A stretch of DNA of 63,650 bases, counting the filler, from Rhabdomonas costata (lineage: Eukaryota), in the NCBI GenBank assembly GCA_019059605.1. It is 33 parts of 33 records of this genome, joined end to end, with 100 filler letters (N's around TTAATTAATTAA, not from the genome) between each part and the next. Parts side by side here need not be neighbours in the genome. Positions count along the whole stretch, not along the records: positions 52,161 to 53,991 come from JAHMHO010008478.1; positions 54,092 to 55,921 come from JAHMHO010008479.1; positions 56,022 to 57,844 come from JAHMHO010008480.1; positions 57,945 to 59,790 come from JAHMHO010008481.1; positions 59,891 to 61,720 come from JAHMHO010008482.1; positions 61,821 to 63,650 come from JAHMHO010008483.1; 27 more parts are not named here. One strand, written 5' to 3'. The position numbers were made by a program, and so were the translations under genes. Of the stretch, positions 52,700-63,650 are shown piece by piece. The notes under the pieces were generated by a model, which worked only from the letters and a program-made list of their open reading frames with translations, did no database searches and had not been told where the DNA came from. Each line of letters starts with the position of its first letter. Positions within the stretch are counted from its first letter, which is position 1.

Positions 52700-53991
52700 C
52701 GCCACAACTCACCACAAGGTCTCAGAAACGCATGACACCCAACAACAAGAAGCACAGCACATGACACAAGAAGACATCAAGCACTTCTAAAACACAGCTC
52801 CTCAAATCCACGCAGCCAAGACACCCCCACATCACCAGCACTAACAGAGATCATGACAACATCGACACAGGAAGCGCAACAGAAGCACTGACAACAACCA
52901 GACCCTACCAACCATGAACCAATCGACCCACCAACAGACCATGACACTGACAGACACAAGCACTAAGAGAGAGCATGGCATGATACACACAAGCACTAAG
53001 CCTGCACTAACACGAACCATAACACCAGAAGCCCTCAAGACAACGCACCTTGAACACCACAGACCATCATGAACCCTGATACACCACACTAAAACAGCAC
53101 AAGACACACTGAGACACAACAAGCGCTAAGACGACACTACCACAGAAACCCACCATCCTCGACCCTCACACACCAGCATCCAGACACACACGCACCCTTC
53201 CTCTAACACGAACACAGCAGCATACCATGACCTTCCAACATCTTTCAACCATGCCAACACCACCCATCCTGACACCATACTACAACCACAGCACTACAGA
53301 CACAACACGAGCACGCTACAAGCACTGACAACAACCAGACTCCGACAACCAACTCACCACCACCACACAGACACTCAACACCACATCCACAGACACACAG
53401 ACTATGCAACAGACACAGCGCCTGACACATAGAGCATGGTTAACACGGACACAGTGAGCATGGTTGACAGATACGGCATGGTTAACGTACACAGAACCTG
53501 GGAGCATGGTTGATTTGGTTGACACAGACACAGACACAGATACTCGTACTTATACAGACACAGATACAGACACAAAAGAAGAAGAAGAATAAGAACTCAC
53601 GCACACGCGAGAGCCACTCCAACCCATGGATACACACATGGAAACCCAGCAGCAGACACAGAGAAATCTAGCACCAACAGGAAGGCCAACAACGCAGAGA
53701 GCCAACAGAAACCAGCATGCAACAAGTCCACCAAGCGAAATCGAGGCCACTTCAATTGCAACACCAAACATACCATGAAGGACAGCAACACCAACGTACC
53801 CACACTTGAGACAGAACCCGAACCAGCAAACCCACCTAGCACCAGAGCACCTCCTGCACCACCAAGAAAGACACACTACTCCGAAGACTCAATCAACAAC
53901 TAGGACAAACCCGCCAACTACGTCAGCTACACCGACACCTCCGACTCACATTACGGCAAATCACATGGAATACGCGAACCCCACAACACTC
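52700..53991 (+). other. Extended A/C-rich, G/T-poor strand-skewed region with internal repeats; possibly a decayed retroelement 3' end
   Basis: Visible compositional skew over ~1.3 kb; 21-mer AAGCACTGACAACAACCAGAC at 52883 and 53320; (GACACA)n/(GAA)n run at ~53521-53595. Confidence 0.6.
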
Positions 53992-56099
53992 NNNNNNNNN
54001 NNNNNNNNNNNNNNNNNNNNNNNNNNNNNNNNNNNTTAATTAATTAANNNNNNNNNNNNNNNNNNNNNNNNNNNNNNNNNNNNNNNNNNNNGGGGTGGGG
54101 GTGTGCGGAAAAACATGTCCCCTGTGCCTTTCGGCTGACTGTGCACGGCTCACGCTCCGCATTCGCGTTATGTGCTGCGTACATGTGTGTGTCTGCAATA
54201 TCTTCCTGGTTATAACACAGATTTTCAATAACTTCAAAAGACAATAATGGATAAAATGGAAGCAGGTGTTGGGGTCTTCTGTGTGCAGTTGATGCTTCTC
54301 CCGAAGCACAGTGTTTTTACCCACCGCCTTTATGTTTGTGTCTCTTGTGGCCCTTTTTTTCACAGCAGCGCATTCTTTTGGTGTCATTTGTCGAAAAGGG
54401 ATGGGCGGTGCAGGCGCGACGCGGTCTTCCGGGGTCTTCCAGTGGGTTCTTGTGGCGGTGGTGGTCCTGGCGGGGTTGGCGCTGTGGCTGCAGGCGGGTC
54501 ACCTGCCCCGCCCGGGAACCGGACACTCTCCTCGCTCTCCCTCCGTACGCCCCAATGTTACACACAGCACCGCTAACTATATCACGTATTCGTGTGTTTT
54601 GGGTACGAAAAAGTGTAACTTTTTAAGCTATGCCACATGCCAGGCCAGCATAGTTGATTGTAAGCTTCTGAGTTAGTAGCAGGTAGTTCAGGGTTTTGGC
54701 GATGTTTTTCTATGTCGGTAAGATTTTGGTTAATATTATGTTGTGTTTGGAGTCGTTTCTCTCCCTCTTACTTTGGCATGACACAGGCCACAGTTTTTTG
54801 GCATTGGTTTCTCGATTTGACTGTGTACATCGACGTTGCTGAGGTACTTCCAGAGCTGTCTTTGCCCGCACGCATGGAACTTTCGCATTTATACATGATT
54901 TAGTCCGGGCCTTTCCTCCGAAAGAACGGAAACCGTGGGCTGTCGAAGACTTGCGCACCTAGATTGCTGGTTACGGCATTTCTCAGGGTTGGCCTGCGGC
55001 CAAGGCTCCGCAGGTGTCATCTGCTCACCACCGATCACCACCGGTGCAGCAGGGGCCAGTGATGGGATCCGTAACAGGTCTGATCTGGTGTTTCCCCCTT
55101 CTATGTGGGAACCCGTGTGCGCTGCAGAGTGGCTCCCTTTGCGGTTGGGTTTTACTGTTGCGTTTGACTGCCTCTTTCCCTGTCGAACATTGATGACCTT
55201 TTGAGTGGGGTGGAGGGACATTTCAGGGGCTTCTGTTGGTGAAGTCAGAGCTGATCGTGGCGGAAGGGCTGTTGCGGTGAACTCACGACAAGGGTGCGTT
55301 CTCCTCTTCTTGTTTTTCGAGCCTTCATTTCTCATCACCATAGGTGTTTACATTTCATGAACCAACACGATGTGACAGCGTCAATACAAACTTGGATGAG
55401 TTGACTAGATACTGCAACAAAAACGTGCCCCCAAAACCAATGTTATCGGTCTCCCATGTCCCCCTTTCTCCCTTCTCTGCGCGCAGTTCCACTTCCATAC
55501 TCCTGTTTTGTGGTGCACCACACTCCGCATCTGCGCTCTCATTGCGCTTGCATTTTGGTATCCTCCCGAACGGTTAGCACTGCTGCCCAAGAGTCGGGAG
55601 AGTCTTACATGACAGCATTCCTGTGAGCAACGAGCTTATTGGGGTTTCATTAGAAACTCAAGTTTGCTCTTCTGCTGTCTTGTTACACGCCAGTTTACAA
55701 CATAAATTTACAAAAACAAGGGGCTTCCAAATTAGTCCATACGCTCGAACACCGCTCAGATTCTACTGAGGTTTGCATGGCATCTTCAGAAAGAAAGCTC
55801 AACATTTTGCACCGGGTACTTTTGAACTTCGCGCAGTAAACATTAAAGCGTTGTGACTGCCGTGTGCGCGTGTGTTGGTGTTTTAGTGTCACAGTGGATT
55901 CGGCTGCGCAGCCCCACCCCCNNNNNNNNNNNNNNNNNNNNNNNNNNNNNNNNNNNNNNNNNNNNTTAATTAATTAANNNNNNNNNNNNNNNNNNNNNNN
56001 NNNNNNNNNNNNNNNNNNNNNGGGGTGTGTGGGAGCAAAGTCATCCACGCAGCCTTCCAATCCCCGAAAACCAAGGTGTCAAGAGGGATTGCACAGCAC

Positions 56100-57844
56100 C
56101 CTTATCAGAAATCTCCGAGGCCAGCTGGTTCATTTCTTGGGCATCACCTTCCACCAAGGTGCACAAGGCGTTGATGACTTTGCTCCCAGACACCCCTGTG
56201 CCTGCGTGTATCGCACCACAGCATAACAGCACAGCAAAGGGGGCGCCGCTTTCACAGCCTTGCGTGAATCCTGCTCCTCCTCCTCCGAGCTTCTTTCCAC
56301 AATACCAGCACAGCGCATGCTAAATGTGCAGGGGGCATCTCAACCAAACATCGAGGACGATCGCACGCGCATTAAAAAAGAGGGGACGATCAAAAAAGCA
56401 AACCCCATTTTTCAGGGGCATACCAAATGCGAATCAACACTCACTCTGTTTTTGGGAATAACTTCCGTGTTTGTTCACTCCCTGCTCATGAAGAGCAGCA
56501 GGAACCACAGGAGGTAAGTGTACCAACATTGGCCAGCACAACACCCAACCTCACACACCCGCACAACCCACACAGACAAGCACAAACCCCGGATGCCCAG
56601 CCTGTGGTTGGTGTCCACCACAGAGGCGGTGGAGGTACTGAGGTTCCAGAAGGGGCGATCAGTGAGCTCGGAGCGCTCCGGCGCAGTGCGCTGCGCCCCG
56701 GCGTGGGTGGACCGTGCCTGCCGGATTAGGGCCTGCAGCATGGGCAGCAGGAAGTCCAGCTTGTCGTGCAGCTCGGTCTCCGCGAAACTATGGATATCAC
56801 CCCAAGCTCCCATTCGAGGCCGTACAGTACTACAATACGATACGACGCGAACTGTGGAAAATCATCAGAACGGATGCAGACCACGCTTGAGATAACATAA
56901 GCAAAGGAACGTAGAGGTGGTGCGATCAGGTGTGCTTGCGTATTGCGTTCCAAAAACACACAAACGCATCTTTTCATTAAGGAGGGAGAAGGAGGGGGGG
57001 GGGGGGGTAATGAAGGGTTCGTGCCTGCAGATCTTCGGCAGCAGGAGAGTGTCTGTGCATCGAGGGCGACCCTCAATGCTGGTCAGCAGAAGCTCCACGC
57101 GGGCCTGCAACGGCACCACGGGCTTGTCCAAGACGTGGTGCAGTACGTACCGCTGCAGCTCCAAAGGAAGCCGGCCAGCCTGCGAAACAGGCAGAAACGA
57201 GGTCGCTTATCTTAGAGAAGGCTTACGTCTTCGTGGCTTTTCAACGATATTTCAGGGGAAATCAGGAATCTGCGGATGATTCGGGTTTTCGAAACCACTC
57301 AGATACCGACAAACCAGTGGGAGAGCCAAGAAACAGGAACCAGCGTGTTCTTCAGAAAAAGAAACCTTGTGGTTGGGGATGCCTCGAGCTTGCAAAGGCG
57401 AATGGGCGTGGTGACATCCACCACATAAAATAATTGCACAGTATCTTGGGACAGTGGACAATGAGCTAGGGGATGGGGTTTCGGACAGTGTTCATGATTA
57501 TAACGGACAGAACGAAAATAGAAATCAGCGGTGGAGGGGAAGCAAGTATAGAGAAGGAGAAGAGGGAGGGAGGAGAGGATGCATATGCACTCAAACAGAC
57601 AAATAGCGTCGGATTCTACCAATATCACGGGAAGGGTATCAAATCACTACGCCCTTGAAGTTGCTCCGGTCCTCTCTATTTCTGTCTGCCTCTCGCGGAC
57701 TGTCCTTCTCGGACACAGGAGGCACCTGCAAGACGCACATCACGAAGCGCATCACGGCCCACGTCGGGGTAATCCCGCCCACCATCATGAGGGTCTCCTC
57801 TGACAGTGCCGGGCACTGCCCCAACCCGCCCTGGCACACCCACA
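56100..57844 (-). CDS. Unknown protein, 4 internal exons
   Basis: Exons ~57844-57726, 57179-57025, 56787-56588, 56201-56100 are phase-consistent only if intron 57024-56788 is GC-AG; GC3-rich codons. Confidence 0.6.
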
Positions 57845-58046
57845 NNNNNNNNNNNNNNNNNNNNNNNNNNNNNNNNNNNNNNNNNNNNTTAATTAATTAA
57901 NNNNNNNNNNNNNNNNNNNNNNNNNNNNNNNNNNNNNNNNNNNNGGTGGTGCGCAGGGCAGCTGACGCTCGCCCCACAGGTCGAGTTTGCTTCTATAGGA
58001 CCAAATGAGCCCTTCTTTGCACTGTCTTTGAACTTTGAAATCGCAG

Positions 58047-58636
58047 CCAACCCGACCTGTGGGGCGAGCGTCAGCTGCCCTGCGCACCACTCGGCCTATC
58101 CCACGGTCGTGTGCTCCTCACAGTCCTGCAGCTCCGCCGACTGTTGTGCAGGTTTGCGTCCGGTGGAAGGCGTGGACATGAATTTCGATGTTGGCTTTTT
58201 TGACTTGTTGATCCTCTTCTATTGCTACTGCCGTTTCATTGCATGAAGAATAGAGCAGCGGAACCCCTGCTTTGCCCTTTGACTTGATTTGGGCAGCCAT
58301 TCACGGCAGGGGTTTGATCGCCGGCAGTCATCCTGTCTCGGTCATTTGGAATGTTTCACTATCCTGCAACCTTCGTTTGGTTTTTGTCCGTGTTGCGAAC
58401 AGCGCCTTCAAGCAATTTGGAAGAGTAAGACCAATTTTGAATAAGACCTGCACGTACCATCGTTGATGTTCCTCCTCCTCCTGCTGCCGCCGCTGCTGTA
58501 ACTACAGTTTGGTAGTTCCGTGATATCGCTTCACAGTGCTGGCGACTTGTGGAAGCAACTTCTCCTGCCCCAAGACTCACACCGCCAACGCCCCCAACAC
58601 GGGCTGCACTACCTGTGACTCCTCACAGTGCTGTAC

Positions 58637-58673
<37 letters not shown>

Positions 58674-59596
58674 GTTGGTAGTCTGCGTGCATAGGAGGCT
58701 GGCATGTTGCTTTCCTTGACCTGTGTTGTTTGTGTTGTTTCTCGATGGGTTAACATGAATGCTTTGGATAAACCTACTGGGAAGCGAAACGGAGCCGAAA
58801 AGTAATTGCTTGAGCTACAGTTGTTGGGCTCTTTAATATCCCATTTCTCTCTCAGCGAATCCGACTTGTGGCACCGTCGCCTGTCCATCGAGTCAAACTG
58901 CAAGCAGCGCAAGCACAATCTGCTCCTCACTGTCATGCAGCCAGGCCGAGTGCTGCACTGGTTTGTTTCTTGTTGCGCTTAGGCGCTGTCCAGGCGAAGC
59001 GTTTTTCCCGCAGAAAGCTGGCGGGAAAAACGGACCCCCACCGGAGAGCTTACGGAGAGCCACTTAGCGGATTTGACCAATTGCACACTTGATTGAAGGT
59101 TCGGTCTTAAAGAGAAAGGCTTCCTTTGATGTGTAACTTGGGTTGCGTGAAGTACTCTGTTCTTTCAGTTCCCCTATGATTGCTTTGGAGGGCAGTGGTT
59201 TTGTCTATTTCTCTTCGCCTCAGCCAACCCGACCTGTGGTGGCAGCTTTGCGTGCCCCTCAGGCCACACCGCCAAAGGCTCGAGCACGGTCTGCTCGTCC
59301 CTGTCGTGCAGCCAGGCAGACTGCTGCACAGGTGAGCTTGCCTTTTTTTTTTTTGCGTCGGAGGGCATTTCGGCTTTTTTCCGAGCATGGACCTACATTT
59401 CAGTTGGAAGTCGTTTCGTCTCAGCCTCATATTACAGAAAAAGGGTTTTGGTTTTTGCTCGCGACCGTCTGTTCCTTCTATTCATTCACAGCCAACCCGA
59501 CCTGCAGCATCATGACCTGCTCCTCAGGCTTCACTGCAAACAGCGCGAGCACTGTCTGCGCCTTTTTGTCTTGCACCCACGCCGAGTGCTGCACTG
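58047..59596 (+). CDS. Cys-rich repeat protein: five single-exon 6-Cys modules
   Basis: Exons 58047-58151, 58537-58638, 58856-58960, 59224-59331, 59492-59596 (102-108 nt, all phase 1-1, AG/GT flanked), e.g. ANPTCGTVACPSSQTASSASTICSSLSCSQAECCT. Confidence 0.9.
58639..58669 (+). repeat. (GT)n microsatellite beginning exactly at a splice donor
   Basis: ACAG|GTGTGTGT... about 15 units. Confidence 0.9.
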
Positions 59597-59648
59597 GTTT
59601 GTTTTCTACTGTTCTCCAGCCCGGCGCCCCATTCCGCGAATCTTTCAC

Positions 59649-59679
<31 letters not shown>

Positions 59680-60203
59680 CATAATTTCTCTATAATTTCC
59701 TGTATATTTCTATAATTCTTCTTTCTTCTACTTTTTATATTACTTGTATAATCCATATAAAGTTCGTTACACCGTTAACTCAAAACCACANNNNNNNNNN
59801 NNNNNNNNNNNNNNNNNNNNNNNNNNNNNNNNNNTTAATTAATTAANNNNNNNNNNNNNNNNNNNNNNNNNNNNNNNNNNNNNNNNNNNNTGTTGTTGTG
59901 CAACCGTGAAACTACCGTGCGCTCATGCTCTAACTTTGCCGCAGCGGACCCGCTTCTGATAATCTTCTCAGTTTCTGTGCTCGTCGTACCCTGCGATATG
60001 TTGACTTACATTCTTCTTTCAAACGTGCACGTCGCATCGAGCAAAACCTGCAATTGCTGAAAATACTGGCACCGTTTTGTTTTAAGCAACGCTCTTGACG
60101 GTGACCTCTGGTCGTATTCTGGTCATACGTGTCGTCCTTCTGTCAGGTCCTCTTGTTTTTTTCTTCGCTTTTGTAGTGTGGTGCACTGTTTTTTTTATCG
60201 TAG

Positions 60204-61720
60204 CGTGCCCGCGATGCGGGGGTGCCGTGATCTGTCCCAAGGGATACCATCCTGGTGTGCCCTTCGCCCGGTGCAGTTCTTCGATCTGCAACCTCACCGA
60301 CTGCTGCATCGGTGTGTCTGGATGCACGCGGTAGATGTCAACTGAGAGTTGGGCAGTGATTGATGGCCAGCTTTTCTTGGCTGGTTTGCCTTTATTTTTT
60401 CTTTTTTTGCAGCAAACCCCACTTGTGGTAGCGTCGGGAGCTCGTCCTGTGGGTTCGGCTTTCCTTGCGACCCTGGCACGTTCCCGAAGCCGCTCTCCAC
60501 TATTTGCTCGTCGGACACTTGCACAGCCTCGGACTGCTGCGCAGATATTCCAGGTGCTGGTCGTTGTTGTGTTTTGCGCTTTCCCCCCAGTCGCTTTGAA
60601 AAAACTGCAATGTAATCTTCAGCTGTGCCATCACGTCAGTATTCGCCTATTCTACTTCCGGGGCTTCTCCGTGAAGCCCCCATGTGCGCCCCACCCCACC
60701 CACATTCACCCGCTGTTTTGCTTGGTTGTTTTAGGCGCTTGGGGTTGTTGTACGCCAAGGAAAAAGAAAGCTACTGCAAGGGTCAAAGGCTGCTTCCTCC
60801 GGTCAAGATAGGCCTCCAAGGTTTCCACGAACCGGTTTACGTTTTCTCGCAGTGCCGACGACCTGTGGCTCCTTTTTCAACCAGTGCTCGGGCTGCCCCT
60901 CGGGGTACACCGCGAAAAACTCCACCACTGTCTGCGCTTCCACGACATGCAACATCACGGACTGTTGCTCTGGTCCCGGCATGCCTGTTCTCGCCGTCTT
61001 TGCCGCCCCCAGATCATTCTAGGGGATCTCAGAGCAGAAGCAATTAGTTCTCGGTTGCCGGGCTTAGAGATCCATGCATGTGCCCCCCTTGGGATTCCAA
61101 TAGAAGATTTCCTTGGGGTTAATGGGCGATGCACGTGCCGCCTGTGACAGGAGCACAATGGGGCTTAGCCCCCCCATTTTTGGAGGGTAAAGTGGGTGCC
61201 GTTTTTATTACAGAAGAAGTCCCATCAACGTTGCTTGCTTCGACAAATTCCCGCATTTGTTGGCAGTGGTTTTCAGGTTTTATACATTCTATTCCATATA
61301 CATTGTATTTGACGAAGCCCACCAGGAGGTGTATTCATTTTTTTACTTGTTTACGGTACGTAGAAATAGGTTGTGGGAAAGAAGGGCTGAGGTCGGGGCG
61401 AATTAAAATTAACCATCGAGAGTCTGCCCTGAGAATCAGTAAGTCTGCGTAGCTTGAGGGAAATTTGCTGTTCTTGCACCAAGGCAAGAAGAACAAGGAC
61501 GCAAAGTTTCACACCTCACTTTGATCTTCTTGAAATGGTATTCGTGGGATCATCCCATCATTTCCTTTTGTCTGTGCGATTTTTATTCCTCACCTCTACG
61601 GGGGTTTGATTTAGACCTCTCCAGCGCTGGCTCTGAGAACGGCAACGGCGGCGGCAATGGCAAACCCAACAATTCCAGCAAAGCCAGCAATACCGTGGCC
61701 ATTGCTGTCCCGATAGTGGT
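60204..61720 (+). CDS. Cys-rich repeat membrane protein: three module exons plus linker and start of a transmembrane segment
   Basis: Exons 60204-60311, 60413-60553, 60853-60972 (phase 1-1; TC...CP...C....C....DCC) and 61615-61720 (DLSSAGSENGNGGGNGKPNNSSKASNTVAIAVPIV). Confidence 0.85.
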
Positions 61721-61820
61721 NNNNNNNNNNNNNNNNNNNNNNNNNNNNNNNNNNNNNNNNNNNNTTAATTAATTAANNNNNNNNNNNNNNNNNNNNNNNN
61801 NNNNNNNNNNNNNNNNNNNN

Positions 61821-63650
61821 TGTGTGTGTGAAGTCAATGCGGTGGTCGGTTGGACGAGATGGTGGTAACACTGTTGGCATGGAAAGAGATTTTTGTACTC
61901 CTCGTTGAGCATGAGCACCTGTGGGGGAATTGGATCTGTCTGAACTGGAGTGCCACAGGTCGATGGATTAAGATTATTGATCAGATCTTGAACAATTTGC
62001 GCGCAGAGAGCTTCTTCCGCTTCTACATCTTCCTTTCGTGGTCGGAGGCGAGCAGCGCACGCCTGTACCGATCAGAAGGTTCAACCTCTTCCAGACTGTG
62101 GAGGCCAGACATTGGGGAGAGATGCTCCTCAATTGATCTGGGCGGGATTACCGCAGGTGGTTTGGGTGCTGGCTGCGGAGGCAGAGGCGGAGCATCCCCC
62201 TTTCGCTCCAGAAAGGTTAGCTGATACCTCGACTGCTTGGAATGGCAACATGTGATATATAAGGAAAAGCATTTTCCAATTCCGAAGCGGACGAATTGGA
62301 AGATGCCTCATGCCGTACGTCCAACTGCCGTGTGACGTCAGCTTTGGGTCGATCACTTCTGGGGTTGACTGCTCTGAAACACCAGGAGCGTGTGGTTCTG
62401 AAACCGAACCAACTCCAGAGGATCCAAACCAACCTTTACCTCTCACACTTCACGGAAGTTGTGGAACAACGCGCAAGGGGTGTAGCAATGTACTCCAACA
62501 GGAATTGCGCCACCCGATCACCCTTCTTGACGTGTTAGTCTCTACCTCCGTGGTTGAACAGCAAGATCTTTGCATTACCTCTGTAGTCGGGATCAATTAC
62601 TCCCGCTCCAACCGAGACTTGGTGCTTCCAGGTCGAACCACTGCGCGGGGCAACACGTCCGCACATGCCGGTAGGTATGGAAAAGGCCAATTCTGTGGGA
62701 ATTAGCGCATTGTCTTCAGCTGCAATTAATACATCTTTTGCACTGGCCATGTCAAAACCTGCTGCAAGTGGGTGCTTCGGCGCGGCAAAACAGCCTTGAT
62801 GCTGAGGCATTTCACCAGCAGATGTTCCACCTCTGAAACCGAAACCTTCTGCGGATCAGGCGGATGGGTTCCGAGCACTAGAAGGGTTGACTCAGGCTCA
62901 CAATTCCTTTCTGAGCGGCAGGATTGAGCGTGGGCACAACGGCAACAGTTTGTGGTTATGCACCTCTTCAGGAGGATGAAGGGAGAGTTGAATGGATGGT
63001 ATTGAACTCCTGATTGCTTTCTCAACAGGAACACGAGTAAGCTTCTTTCCCATTCTAATCTGCACTGTCCTCTCCACCCAGTTAAAAAAAAGGGTTGAAC
63101 TGATAAAGGAAATGATATCCCAACACAATTGGAAGAGGAGTTTCAATTACAACCAAAACAAGTCTCACCTGCAACTCCACTATCTTCCCTTGCAAGCGAA
63201 CATAGTGTCAGTATATTCCCATTTGCGACCTTCACCTGAATCTGTAACTTCAAAGGCAACAATTTGTAGCATGCCTCACGCACAACGTCCGTACTGATAC
63301 CAAGTCCAGCAAAGCAATGTGTGTTGTTGCTCCAACCGCCACTAGAAGAAAGAGCAAAGGCATTGGCGCGGGTGGCTTGGACCCCTCTTCGTCAAATGTA
63401 GAGGCCACGTCGTGGCTCGAAGAAGGAATGGACTTCCATCATGATCACGGTGGAGGGCTCTCCGCAAGCAACCTACTGCGCTCATGACATTGGATTCCAT
63501 GCAAGCGGCAGGGTTGGCTTAGGCACTCCGCACGCCAAAAACCAGTCATCTGTCTGCATTGTGGCGTGGCGTCCACGAACTCATCTTTGGAGATCGAGAG
63601 AGTCCATCTCCTCAATGAACAATCTCAATCAATGGAAATACGCTACCACA
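61821..63650 (-). mobile_element. Decayed Ty3/gypsy LTR retrotransposon: gag knuckle remnant - aspartic protease - dUTPase - start of RT
   Basis: Minus-strand order: CRQMTGFWRAEC (~63570-63520), IALLD...IVLGYHFLYQFNP..NWVERTVQI (~63350-63055), dUTPase (~62825-62415), EEYKNLF/PTVLPPSRPTDHRIDF (~61905-61830, the gypsy pre-RT LPPxRxxDHRI motif). Stops and frameshifts throughout, no introns. Confidence 0.85.
62415..62825 (-). pseudogene. dut: Trimeric dUTPase domain, disrupted, within retrotransposon pol
   Basis: All five motifs present: AAGFDM, GRVAPRSG, GVIDPDYRG, GDRVAQF, RGKGWFGSSG. One in-frame TAA (62535-62537) and two frameshifts. Confidence 0.93.

Noticed and set aside
62535-62537. In-frame TAA in the dUTPase as stop-codon reassignment
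   Set aside because: The same element has frameshifts, and host exons show no in-frame stops; decay is sufficient.

Overview
This window is not one locus. It is 33 unrelated eukaryotic contigs of about 1.82-1.85 kb, apparently size-sorted, joined by an artificial 100-bp spacer (N44-TTAATTAATTAA-N44). Most contigs start with a G/T-only run and end with a C/A-only run, consistent with whole-genome-amplification primer remnants. The source is an intron-rich protist with short exons, GT-AG plus some GC-AG introns and an unusual GTNYG donor consensus; a euglenid-like host is my inference, not proven. Manual splicing recovers fragments of ACTR10/Arp11, a SAM methyltransferase, an EGF-repeat protein, an insulysin-like M16 peptidase, UBC9, a cyclin K/L/Q-type protein, PCID2, RPT1/PSMC2, sulfide:quinone oxidoreductase, two class III nucleotide cyclases (one degenerate), a PEBP protein and several unknown proteins. 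Mobile DNA includes a CRE/SLACS-like non-LTR fragment, a Ty3/gypsy gag with a putative PBS, and a decayed Ty3/gypsy pol. The three most interesting signals are: (1) a cell-surface protein built from a ~35-aa six-cysteine module, each copy on its own symmetric phase-1 exon, on two contigs; (2) an intact, spliced but catalytically degenerate lysyl-tRNA synthetase paralogue; (3) a dUTPase inserted between protease and RT in the gypsy element. All family calls come from motif recognition by eye; no searches were run.
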